From the NCBI GenBank assembly GCA_040954595.2, contig CM082590.2:434001-498000 (forward strand): a DNA stretch of 64,000 nt, in the 5' to 3' direction. Position 1 is the first letter of the stretch, and each line of letters opens with the position of its first letter. Origin of the DNA: Balanoglossus misakiensis (Eukaryota; Animalia; Hemichordata). Shown one piece after another: positions 25,728-37,201 of this stretch. The notes beneath the pieces were generated by a model. It was not told the origin of the DNA, made no database searches, and was given only the letters and a program-made list of their open reading frames with translations. A program made the position numbers and the translations under genes.

Positions 25728-26292
25728 CATTCTCCACGCAGAGACTTGGAGTGGATAGTTCTAGCCTAGCTAGGGGGTCTGACCAATAGCCACTATAGTC
25801 TCTGCCATAAGCAAATTTAAATATTTCAAACCGGACCTTCTTTCAGTCCTGCGCGAGCCCAGTTGGTTCAATAAATATGGCGGACAGTTCCGGTTTGAGG
25901 GGTCGTCGAGGGTGAACGATAGCACTTTCCAAACATGTCAATTTAGAGTCATAAGCTGCAATAACTTTCGCGATTGCGTCTGAAAAACCTATAGCAACGG
26001 GGGCAGCCATCTTGAATCGTCAATTCACATTTATGTAACCTAGGGCAGGATCTATGTTTTGCAAGTGTTCACGTATATATCACGGATTCGAGGATCGACT
26101 TTGAAACTGGTTCATTTTTTAGTTCTCTTATTTTTTTGGTACAAAATATTAAACCTAAAAAAAGACAGGAAATGTATATTATAGAAAACGCGCAACACCC
26201 AAAAAGAGGGTGTCAAATGTCGCCTGTGGCAGAGACTAAATAGCGGCTATTGGTCGGACTCCCTAGCAAGGTTAGTCTCTGCGTGGAGAATG
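25728..26292. mobile_element. MITE with 9-bp TSD (AcademH-like or MULE)
   Basis: TIR CATTCTCCACGCAGAGACT; TSD CAGAAGCGC on both sides. Confidence 0.85.
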
Positions 26293-29200
26293 CAGAAGCG
26301 CCTGACTGCAGGGAGGGCGCGAATTGTCGTTTGACAGGCAACGTTACACATCGTTGTCTGTGTGTTTACTCGCCCATCACACAGATAACATGTTGTCTGA
26401 TATTTTGATCTTTACGGCCCTGATACGGGTTTTTCGGCTCGAGGTTGTACGGCGGAAGCGCCTGACTGCAGGGAGGGCGCGAATTGTTGTTTGACCGGCA
26501 ACGTTACACATCGTTGTCTGTGTATTTACTCGCCCATCACACAGATAACATGTTGTCTGATATTTTGATCTTTACGGCCCTGATACGGGTTTTTCGGCTC
26601 GAGGTTGTACGGCGGAAGCGCCTGACTGCAGGGAGGGCGCGAATTGTTGTTTGACCGGCAACGTTACACATCGTTGTCTGTGTATTTACTCGCCCATCAC
26701 ACAGATAACATGTTGTCTGATATTTTGATCTTTACGGCCCTGATACGGGTTTTTCGGCTCAAGGTTGTACGGCGGAAGCGCCTGACTGCAGGGAGGGCGC
26801 GAATTGTCGTTTGACAGGCAACGTTACACATCGTTGTCTGTGTGTTTACTCGCCCATCACACAGATAACATGTTGTCTGATATTTTGATCTTTACGGCCC
26901 TGATACGGGTTTTTCGGCTCGAGGTTGTACGGCGGAAGCGCCTGACTGCAGGGAGGGCGCGAATTGTTGTTTGACAGGCAATATTACATATCGTTGTCTG
27001 TGTATTTTACTCGCCCATCACACACAGATAACATGTTGTCTGATATTTTGATCTTTACGGCCCTGATACGGGTTTTTCGGCTCGAGGTTGTACGGCGGAA
27101 GCGCCTGACTGCAGGGAGGGCGCGAATTGTTGTTTGACCGGCAACGTTACACATCGTTGTCTGTGTATTTACTCGCCCATCACACAGATAACATGTTGTC
27201 TGATATTTTGATCTTTACGGCCCTGATACGGGTTTTTCGGCTCGAGGTTGTACGGCGGAAGCGCCTGACTGCAGGGAGGGCGCGAATTGTTGTTTGACCG
27301 GCAACGTTACACATCGTTGTCTGTGTATTTACTCGCCCATCACACAGATAACATGTTGTCTGATATTTTGATCTTTACGGCCCTGATACGGGTTTTTCGG
27401 CTCGAGGTCGTTTGGCGGAAGCGCCTGACTGCAGGGAGGGCGCGAATTGTTGTTTGACCGGCAACGTTACACATCGTTGTCTGTGTATTTACTCGCCCAT
27501 CACACAGATAACATGTTGTCTGATATTTTGATCTTTACGGCCCTGATACGGGTTTTTCGGCTCGAGGTCGTTTGGCGGAAGCGCCTGACTGCAGGGAGGG
27601 CGCGAATTGTTGTTTGACCAGCAACGTTACACATCGTTGTCTGAGAATTTACTCGCCCATCACACAGATAACATGTTGTCTAATATTTTGATCTTTACGG
27701 CCCTGATACGGGTTTTTTGGCTCGAGGTCGTTTGGGGGAAGCGCCTGACTGCAGGGAGGGCGCGAATTGTTGTTTGACCAGCAACGTTACACATCGTTGT
27801 CTGTGTATTTACTCGCCCATCACACAGATAACATGTTGTCTGATATTTTGATCTTTACGGCCCTGATACGGGTTTTTCGGCTCGAGGTCGTACGGCAGAA
27901 GCGCCTGACTGCAGGGAGGGCGCGAATTGTTGTTTGACCAGCAACGTTACACATCGTTGTCTGTGTATTTACTCGCCCATCACACTGATAACATGTTGTC
28001 TGATATTTTGATCTTTACGGCCCTGATACGGGTTTTTCGGCTCGAGGTCGTTTGGCGGAAGCGCCTGACTGCAGGGAGGGCGCGAATTGTTGTTTGACCA
28101 GCAACGTTACACATCGTTGTCTGAGAATTTACTCGCCCATCACACAGATAACATGTTGTCTAATATTTTGATCTTTACGGCCCTGATACGGGTTTTTCGG
28201 CTCGAGGTCGTACGGCAGAAGCGCCTGACTGCAGGGAGGGCGCGAATTGTTGTTTGACCGGCAACGTTACACATCGTTGTCTGTGTATTTACTCGCCCAT
28301 CACACTGATAACATGTTGTCTGATATTTTGATCTTTACGGCCCTGATACGGGTTTTTCGGCTCGAGGTCGTTTGGCGGAAGCGCCTGACTGCAGGGAGGG
28401 CGCGAATTGTTGTTTGACCAGCAACGTTACACATCGTTGTCTGTGTATTTACTCGCCCATCACACAGATAACATGTTGTCTGATATTTTGATCTTTACGG
28501 CCCTGATACGGGTTTTTCGGCTCGAGGTCGTTTGGCGGAAGCGCCTGACTGCAGGGAGGGCGCGAATTGTTGTTTGACCAGCAACGTTACACATCATTGT
28601 CTGAGAATTTACTCGCCCATCACACAGATAACATGTTGTCTGATATTTTGATCTTTACGGCCCTGATACGGGTTTTTCGGCTCGAGGTCGTTTGGCGGAA
28701 GCGCCTGACTGCAGGCAGGGCGCGAATTGTTGTTTGACCAGCAACGTTACACATCGTTGTCTGTGTATTTACTCGCCCATCACACAGATAACATGTTGTC
28801 TGATATTTTGATCTTTACGGCCCTGATACGGGTTTTTCGGCTCGAGGTTGTACGGCGGAAGCGCCTGACTGCAGGGAGGGCGCGAATTGTTGTTTGACCG
28901 GCAACATTACATATCGTTGTCTGTGTATTTTACTCGCCCATCACACAGATAACATGTTGTCTGATATTTTGATCTTTACGGCCCTGATACGGGTTTTTCG
29001 GCTCGAGGTCGTTTGGCGGAAGCGCCTGACTGCAGGGAGGGCGCGAATTGTTGTTTGACCGGCAACGTTACACATCGTTGTCTGTGTATTTACTCGCCCA
29101 TCACACAGATAACATGTTGTCTGATATTTTGATCTTTACGGCCCTGATACGGGTTTTTCGGCTCGAGGTTGTATGGCGGAAGCGCCTGACTGCAGGGAGG

Positions 29201-30940
29201 GCGCGAATTGTTGTTTGACCGGCAACGTTACACATCGTTGTCTGTGTATTTACTCGCCCATCACACTGATAACATGTTGTCTGATATTTTGATCTTTACG
29301 GCCCTGATACGGGTTTTTCGGCTCGAGGTCGTACGGCAGAAGCGCCTGACTGCAGGGAGGGCGCGAATTGTTGTTTGACCGGCAACGTTACACATCGTTG
29401 TCTGTGTATTTACTCGCCCATCACACTGATAACATGTTGTCTGATATTTTGATCTTTACGGCCCTGATACGGGTTTTTCGGCTCGAGGTCGTACGGCAGA
29501 AGCGCCTGACTGCAGGGAGGGCGCGAATTGTTGTTTGACCGGCAACGTTACACATCGTTGTCTGTGTATTTACTCGCCCATCACACAGATAACATGTTGT
29601 CTGATATTTTGATCTTTACGGCCCTGATACGGGTTTTTCGGCTCGAGGTCGTACGGCAGAAGCGTCTGACTGCAGGGAGGGCGCGAATTGTTGTTTGACC
29701 GGCAACGTTACACATCGTTGTCTGTGTATTTACTCGCCCATCACACAGATAACATGTTGTCTGATATTTTGATCTTTACGGCCCTGATACGGGTTTTTCG
29801 GCTCGAGGTTGTACGGCGGAAGCGCCTGACTGCAGGGAGGGCGCGAATTGTTGTTTGACCGGCAACGTTACACATCGTTGTCTGTGTATTTACTCGCCCA
29901 TCACACACAGATAACATGTTGTCTGATATTTTGATCTTTACGGCCCTGATACGGGTTTTTCGGCTCGAGGTCGTATGGCGGAAGCGCCTGACTGCAGGTG
30001 CCGCAAAACCCGTATCAGGGCCATAAAGGTTTTATCATATGCCTTATTGAACGTTAATCTAGAAGAAATTAATAAAATACACAATCTATAATATTTTGGA
30101 ATGTAAATATTATGTTTTTATCTATCGTTTTGAAATGATCAATCGCATAGCATAGAGCCGTATTCCTCTAGTGCTTGTTGATTGATATGCATGATGTCAT
30201 TTGTTTACATTCTTTTGCACGTGAGATATAGACGCGCTCGAACTCACACTTACACATACATTAATCAGATCAAATCATCAATATTACTAAGAAGACATAT
30301 TTCCGAATAAAGCTTTACAACATGCAGCGATTATTGTAGATGATGGGATTCGGTGGTGGCTTACACCATGGACGTACACACACAGCAAACTAGTCATAGT
30401 CTGTTTAACTAGTCACTGACACCGCACCAGACAAATGGACTTCAGAACGTAGCAACCACAACTTTCAAATCTCGCGCAATAGAAACAAAACTAGATCCGG
30501 ATATTGAATGCATCTTCCAAATATGGTCACCGGGCCTGGCGTGATAAGCAAAAAAACTGCACAGATGTGAGGGCGCTTTCCACATAGACTTACATGGGCA
30601 CATGAATCTAGGCATATGATGACATCAGTTATAATATTTATTTAATAATAAAAAAATATTATTTTAAGCCGAATCCCCTGTCATCTATACCTCTATGTCT
30701 GTTCACTGTCTGTTTTTATCTCTAAAGAAACAGCCTATATATGTAACTTGCCCCTGCCAAGACCCCCCCCCCCCCCCTATTCTTTCAAACCTTTTGAACC
30801 CTGTGGGTATGTTTGTGTGTGTTTGTATGTATGTGTGGTCGGGGGAGACAAATAATCTTCAAGTTGGCAGATGTAATTCTTGCCATAGTGTTACCATCAA
30901 ACAGTCCTATTTGGCTCAAAACATTAAAAGGTCCACCTAC

Positions 30941-31132
30941 CTCACTGGCTTGACGTCTCTCCCTTTCCATGTTGCGTATTTTACTTCGATTCTTATCAGT
31001 ATACATTGATGATGTAGCTGACCTGGGAGATGCATTCTGGGTAGCATCCATTGTCATGAATTGTTCTTCTAAACTCATTTCAGTGGCTGGTCTTGTCTGT
31101 AGTTGCTCAAGCTGGGATTTCAAATCAGACAC
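30941..31132 (-). CDS. CCDC13: CCDC13-like coding exon 7 (VSDLKSQLEQLQ...KIRNMERERRQASE)
   Basis: TAG/GTAGGT, 192 nt, phase 0/0; coiled-coil sequence. Confidence 0.87.
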
Positions 31133-31289
31133 CTAACATTTGTATAACACATAAAAGCAGAACTTGTTAAGCGTTTGAAAGCAAAATGAAACTTTGCAAA
31201 GGGTCAGCATGCAATCAGAGAAAAGTTTTGATATGTTGTAGTTGGATCTGTTTGTGATATTTGTCACTTTGGAGGATTGATTAATTGTG

Positions 31290-31295
31290 GATTGG

Positions 31296-31327
<32 letters not shown>

Positions 31328-31510
31328 CTAACTGACTGAGAGACCAACCGACTGACTAATTGGTAGGTTGGTTGGTTAATTGATTGATTGATTGATTGAC
31401 TGACCAACAAACCAACTAACTTGACTGACTGACTAATTGGTTAGTTGGTTGATTGGTTGGTTGATTGACTGACCGACCGACTGACTGACTGATCGGTTGG
31501 TTGGTTGGTT
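31290..31510. repeat. Degenerate (TTGA)/(GACT)/(TTGG)n tetranucleotide microsatellite
   Basis: Read directly from the sequence. Confidence 0.9.
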
Positions 31511-31639
31511 CACATTGCATGTGCCTGATGGTTTAACCTGAGGAACCTTTTCAGCCCTTTTTCCCTCTTCAGTGTTCCAATTTTACCATAGAAAACAATG
31601 GATTTGGACCAAACCATGGTGGCGTAGGGGGTTGAGTAC

Positions 31640-31867
31640 CTTATTCTGAAGTGTAAGGACTTGTTGTGCTCTTCCTCGCCATGTTGTAGAACCATTCAAC
31701 AATGCCTGCATATTAACACTCTCACCAACTTCCTTCTCAACCACTTTGTGAGCAATTTTCAAATCCTGTTTCAGCTGTTGTACTTGATTTCTATATTCTG
31801 CTAATTTCAAATTGCTCTGTGAAATCTTGTCTTTTAGAGCTTTCATTTCTGCTGGATCAACTGTAGG
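31640..31867 (-). CDS. CCDC13: CCDC13-like coding exon 6 (PTVDPAEMKALKDK...WRGRAQQVLTLQNK)
   Basis: CAG/GTACTC, 228 nt, phase 0/0. Contains the conserved EVGE...WRGRAQQ motif. Confidence 0.92.
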
Positions 31868-33786
31868 CTGAAGAATAAAAAGTAACATGTACAGATATTT
31901 CACTCATTTGTCCAGTGTTTGTGTGTGGGTTTGTTTGATTTTGTTGTTTTGTTTGTTGGTCTGTGTGTTTGTTTGCTTTTAGGGGGTAGAATGAATCAAC
32001 TAGTTTGAAGGCCCTTGTTGCTATATTTTTAGTAACATTTTAGTAACGTTCTCCCACGTGTCAACTTCAGTTTCATGTTTTACTCTGGACAGCTTTATGA
32101 AATATTCAGTCTTTAGCTTCTCAGCAAAGCCTGTAATTAATTAAGAAACAACCATTGTTATCATTGGCAGTTTTCAACAAAGACATGAACACTTCGTGTT
32201 AAAGTCCCAGTAACTACAACTTTTGGCTATTTTTTCAGTTTTCTCCTGTGCATCTACTCTGTAAAACTTTTTTAAATGTTCTGTTCTTTGCTTATCAACA
32301 AAGCCTCTGTATAAGTAGCGCCCATTGTTATTATTGACAGAGGAATTCAAGCCTGAAGTTTGATTAAATTTTCAACAAAACAATGCTGATTAGTACAAAA
32401 GAACTGTTAAAAATAAATACTGAGCAATACTTTGTTTTACAGATCAGAATAAGATTCCATACACAATACCATGCAAATACAAAAATACTGAGAAAATAGC
32501 ACAAAATTCGAGTTACTGGAGCTTTAGTTAGCCCTCAGGCGCTTGGGCCCTTACTGTAATTGCTGGAGTTTTTCTTCTTTCTTCTTGAGTCGTATTTTCG
32601 GCCACATACATCTCAGAAACCGCTGCAGCTGTGCTTTTGAAACTTGGCACGGTGGTTGAGGCCCATGAGTACTCGTGCACCTGACCTTTGAAGTTGTAAT
32701 TAGTCACGTGACTTTGTGGGTATATTCAATCGAAATTTTCAAATTGACCTAATTTGCATGGGAATGGCGGCATGTACATTCTTTTCGCGAATTTTGCAGA
32801 CCATGTTGCCAAAATCCTCTGTGCCAAATATCAAGGTCCTAGGCCTGGTCGATTTTGAGAAGAAGATTTCAGTGATTGGGAAGTCTGAAAACACCAATGT
32901 GACAATGGCCCTATCCCAGCCAAAATGAATGGGCCATTTTGAACTTCAATGGGCCATTCAAAATTTGTAATGAGCCCTACAGTATCAACAAAAATCAAAT
33001 GAAATTTAGATGCAAAATATCATCAGTTCAAAATTGTTTATATTGTCATTTAGATGTCTATATAACATGTGTTTATCAGTCTCTTCTTTCCATGCAAATG
33101 TCTCCAAAGGTATTTTATAGTCATGGTCTGTAAGGCTTTTTCCTTCAAGTCGAATCAGCAGGAGTCTCGCAAGCTGTTTCTCAGCTTTGTCACTATTATC
33201 TAGCATCCTAGGAAAATTTCAAAATTGACGTCTTGTTTACATAATGAGGGATTATGAATGATTTAGGTAGTCTAGCTTCAAGAAAATGGTTGCCAAGGTA
33301 CTGGAGTAGCCTGCATAGGTCCAAGTTGTGATGTCATTTTATGTAATTTTGATAAAGGAATTGCATTGTACTCTATATGTTCCATGCATATGCAGTCATG
33401 TTTATCGAAGTCAGTGGAAATAGTCAGACATTTTGATGCAGATTTTGCCTGGGTTATACTAAAACCATACTCATTAATTGAAGAATGGCTGTACAGGAAC
33501 AAGTTTGAAAACAATGTTTGCTATGTTTCTCACTTGATTGGATAACACAATAGCATGCAAGGCATGCTTTGACTATGTATGCGACATACAACTTTAACAT
33601 TTAGCAAAAGTGAGCAAAAGCGAAGATTTTATGCTTGATAAAATCCACAAATTGATGATGGTCTTGCTGCTGCAAAGAGATGCCTTCCTTTTATGCTTCT
33701 TTTTGACATCACTACGGCCTCTCACAATCGTCATCACGGGTGTCTGCCGTCTGCTATCCTGTGTACAAGTATTTTGCAGACGTGTT

Positions 33787-34570
33787 CAGGGTTCTCCCTA
33801 GGCCCAAACAGCGTCGGGCCCCCCAGCCCCCCCGACGCTATCACTAATGGCCCCGACGCTATGGCTTCCCCCCCCAGACGCTATTACGTCTGCCCGCTAT
33901 GCTAACTGTGCCATTGTCAACTCCGTATTTTTGCCTTATGTCCGCTTTTGTTTTTACCATAACTTGCTACTTCCTTTCAATTCTTGATGAATAGTGAACA
34001 CAACTGAGTGATTTCACACCTTTCACGGCATTAATCACAGCTTTAATGCAGCTCTGCACGCTGTCAAGAGCAGTACGCTGCCCATTTCATTCAGTGCATC
34101 AGTTAAATAATAACACATGTCAGCGAGGGCAATATCATGATCTTTGGCCTGCACGAGGGATGGTGATCTCTGACCATAATATTGATGATGCCCGAGCCGC
34201 AGGCTATTTATAGACCTAGTACATGTAACACACACAGTGCGTGTGTGTTACATGTACTAGGGCTATAAATAGCCCTAGTACATGTAACACACACGCAGGC
34301 ACAGATGGCAACAAGTGAGCATACGCATTTTGCAACTCCTTATCTAAACTTGACAAAAGATGTAGCAACTTTTGTTGTAGGTCATGCTATGCGTCCACAA
34401 GTCTGCAGAATACTTGTACACTACACACAGGATAGCAGACGACATAATTGGGGGGCCACAGTGATGTCAAATAGAAGCTAATTCTATATGTAAATGTTAT
34501 GTTAATTAATATGCAAATTAACATGCAAATTAGCCCCGACTCTATGATTTTTTTCCTGGGGAGAACCCTG
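33787..34570. mobile_element. MITE, 5-bp TSD
   Basis: TIR CAGGGTTCTCCC/GGGAGAACCCTG; flanks GTGTT/GCGTT (one mismatch). Confidence 0.7.
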
Positions 34571-36067
34571 GCGTTCGAATGCATGGCATGACCTCCAACA
34601 AAAGTTGCTACATCTTTTGTCAAGTTTAGATAACTTGTTGTGATCGGTACACTGAGCTGCGTAACTTGCAATTTGTGCGTGTTACTACAGGCGCTATAAA
34701 ATGAGGTTATTTATAGGACGCCTTGATGGCCTCATAGACGAGGATGCCAAACAAAATTTTTTTCCTAAGAATTTCGGACTCAAATTTCAATGCGCTCTTC
34801 GGGCGCAAAGTAACAAATTTCAATGTGTCATTTTTCAGTTCAATGCGACTATGGCGCAGGGCGCGTTGACTTCCCAATTACTGAGATTTTTGTAGTATTT
34901 TCCCCTTTTAATGGACTGAGGGCGAAGGTATTGGCCCAAGCTTTGCATAGTTAACCTGTGATCATAGGGAACGTGTGAAGATATGCCCAACATCTCAAAT
35001 CTAGTCAGCAGATGAACGTCAAATTACGTGTGCAGCTAGCCCACCCCTAGGTGTGGTACGCAGCTGTACTGTTGGGGGGGAAGGGCTGATTACACAAGGC
35101 TCCCCTTTGGTGCCGCCAGGAGCCCGGAATTCTTTAGCAGAATTACACAAAGTGTCACTGGTATGATGCGTCGCAAGGGATATCAGGCTGTAATAGCATA
35201 CCTTGACGATTTCTTAATCCTTGCGGAATCACAGCGGGCATGCGAAGAGGCTTTCAAAGCGCTACTTCACCTCTTGCAGCAGTTGGGGTTTACAATAAAT
35301 TGGGACAAAGTAGTTCATCCTACGCAGCGTCTCACCTTTCTAGGAGTACAGATGGACACAGTCTCGCAGACACTTTCTCTTGACAATAAAAAACTGCAAG
35401 AATTGCGTGTTTATTTGCACTCCTGGGACAATAGGAAGCGTGCTACTAAAAGGGAGCTGCAGAGACTGGTCGGCAAATTAAATTGGGCCTCTCAGGTCAT
35501 CCGCGGTGGGCCGACTTTCTTGCGGCGTCTGATTGATGTTACTAATACTGTAACCCGTCAATCTCATCATGTGCGTCTTAATGCTGAAGCTAAAGCTGAC
35601 ATTAATTGGTGGACAAACCTCTGCGAAACTTTTAACGGCACGGCGTTCTTCATTGATGACACCCAGGTGCCCAGACAGGTTTTTGTCACCGATGCTTGCG
35701 ACACAGCGGGAGCGGGCGTTTACAGGAGCGACTGGTTTTACAGTCAGTGGCGAGTGGATTCTCCTATGCTAATGGAAATGCACATTAATTTGAAGGAACT
35801 TTACACGGTCCTACTTGCCTGCAGGCGATGGCACTGCTTTGGGATAAGCGGCACATAGTAGTTTACACTGATAACACAACTACTATGTATGTTATAAACT
35901 CTGGCACCTCACGCAATAAACTAGCTATGGTGTGGCTGCGAGAGATCTTTTGGCTCTCAGCTATCAGCAACTTTTATATTACGTCAAGATATGTTAGTAC
36001 AAATGAGAACTGTGCTGACTCGACCTCTAGGCTACATGAATGCAAACACTATGTCAAAGCATTAGTA

Positions 36068-36243
36068 CAGTAAAACTCCAATTATCCGAACTGACAGGGG
36101 GACATTGATTTTGTTCGGGTATGCAGACAGTTCGGTTATTCGGATAATGATTGTATACAATAGAACTGTTTGGGGGACATGACAGCAGTGCGGATAACCA
36201 AACAATTCGGATAATTGGAGTTCAGATAATTGGAGTTTTACTG
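36068..36243. mobile_element. Tc1/mariner-type MITE
   Basis: TIR CAGTAAAACTCCAATTATC; TA TSD. Confidence 0.85.
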
Positions 36244-36524
36244 TACCTTCAGATCCATAGCATTGACCTTGTCAATAACTGGCATTTATACATGTCTTAC
36301 AACACATATCACTTCCTACTACAGGACTTCTGCAACACCAAATTCAGAAGCTGGATAGCGACATTGCCTCATACAAGGGAGCAGCCTACGCAGAGTCTAC
36401 AAAGTGTACCTACAGCTCACAACGACTGGCCTATCTACGCTTCTGTCTGTATTTCAGACTCCGTGCAGTTCCCTGTACACACCTCACAGTCTGTCGTTAT
36501 GCGGTATTCTTAGCCTGGACCTTA

Positions 36525-37201
36525 GGCTGCATTCACAAACACCTCTGGAGGGGGGGGGGGGGCAGAAGAATTGAGGGGGGGGGGGGATTTGAAAACCCTT
36601 CATAATACAAATTTTTCTCATGTGGGAGGGGGACACCCCCTCCCACCCCCACCCCCGTCATTCATCAACATTGACTGGTTTATCTAGTGTCCCAGGTTAG
36701 GGGACTTGCCCCCCCCCCCCCCCCCCCCCCCATGCCCCAAGCGCCGAAGGTGAAAATTGTCCTCTCCAACATACCGGTAGTTGAGTTAATTTGCTTTTGG
36801 GTTCATTAAATGCAGTTTTGAAATCTGTATTTTGTAAAATTTTCTTACATGGGAGGGGGACACCCCTTCACTTCTCAGTTTACAATGTCTCCCAACACAG
36901 AATACACAATACTTTAAAAAAAATAGAAACAATGTTCAGTTTTAATACCCACTGATAAGGGGAAACATCAGTTTCAAATTCTTTTCATGGGAGCACTGTT
37001 TTTCTTTTTTACAAGATAGATAGGTGATGTGTTTTGCTGTGTGAAAGAAAATGGGGGGGGGGGGGTTTGAAAATTTTAGCAGTTCGGAAGGGGGGGATTT
37101 GAAAATATTTCGGGTTGTTGAGGGGGGCATGTGAAAATTAACAGTAAAAAAAAATTGAATTCTTCCCCCCCCCCCCTCCAGAGGTGTTTGTGAATGCAGC
37201 C
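36525..37201. mobile_element. PIF/Harbinger-type MITE splitting the YR ORF
   Basis: TIR GGCTGCATTCACAAACACCTCTGGAGG; TTA target (one extra T on the right); removal restores AWTLKPTSIPGYL; second copy at 61020-62408. Confidence 0.85.

Larger units (their letters stand above)
22906..29997. repeat. 160-bp tandem satellite, about 33 copies, interrupted by two transposons
   Basis: Landmark TGTTGTTTGA recurs at 24471, 24631, 24791 and onward (period 160); units are nearly identical. Confidence 0.97.

Noticed and set aside
22906-29997. CRISPR-like array
   Set aside because: Units are contiguous near-identical 160-mers with no unique spacers, there are no cas genes, and the context is eukaryotic.
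32010-32130. Extra CCDC13 exon after the CAG at 32131
   Set aside because: Stop codon in the required phase, and the sequence resembles a dispersed repeat also seen near 47220.
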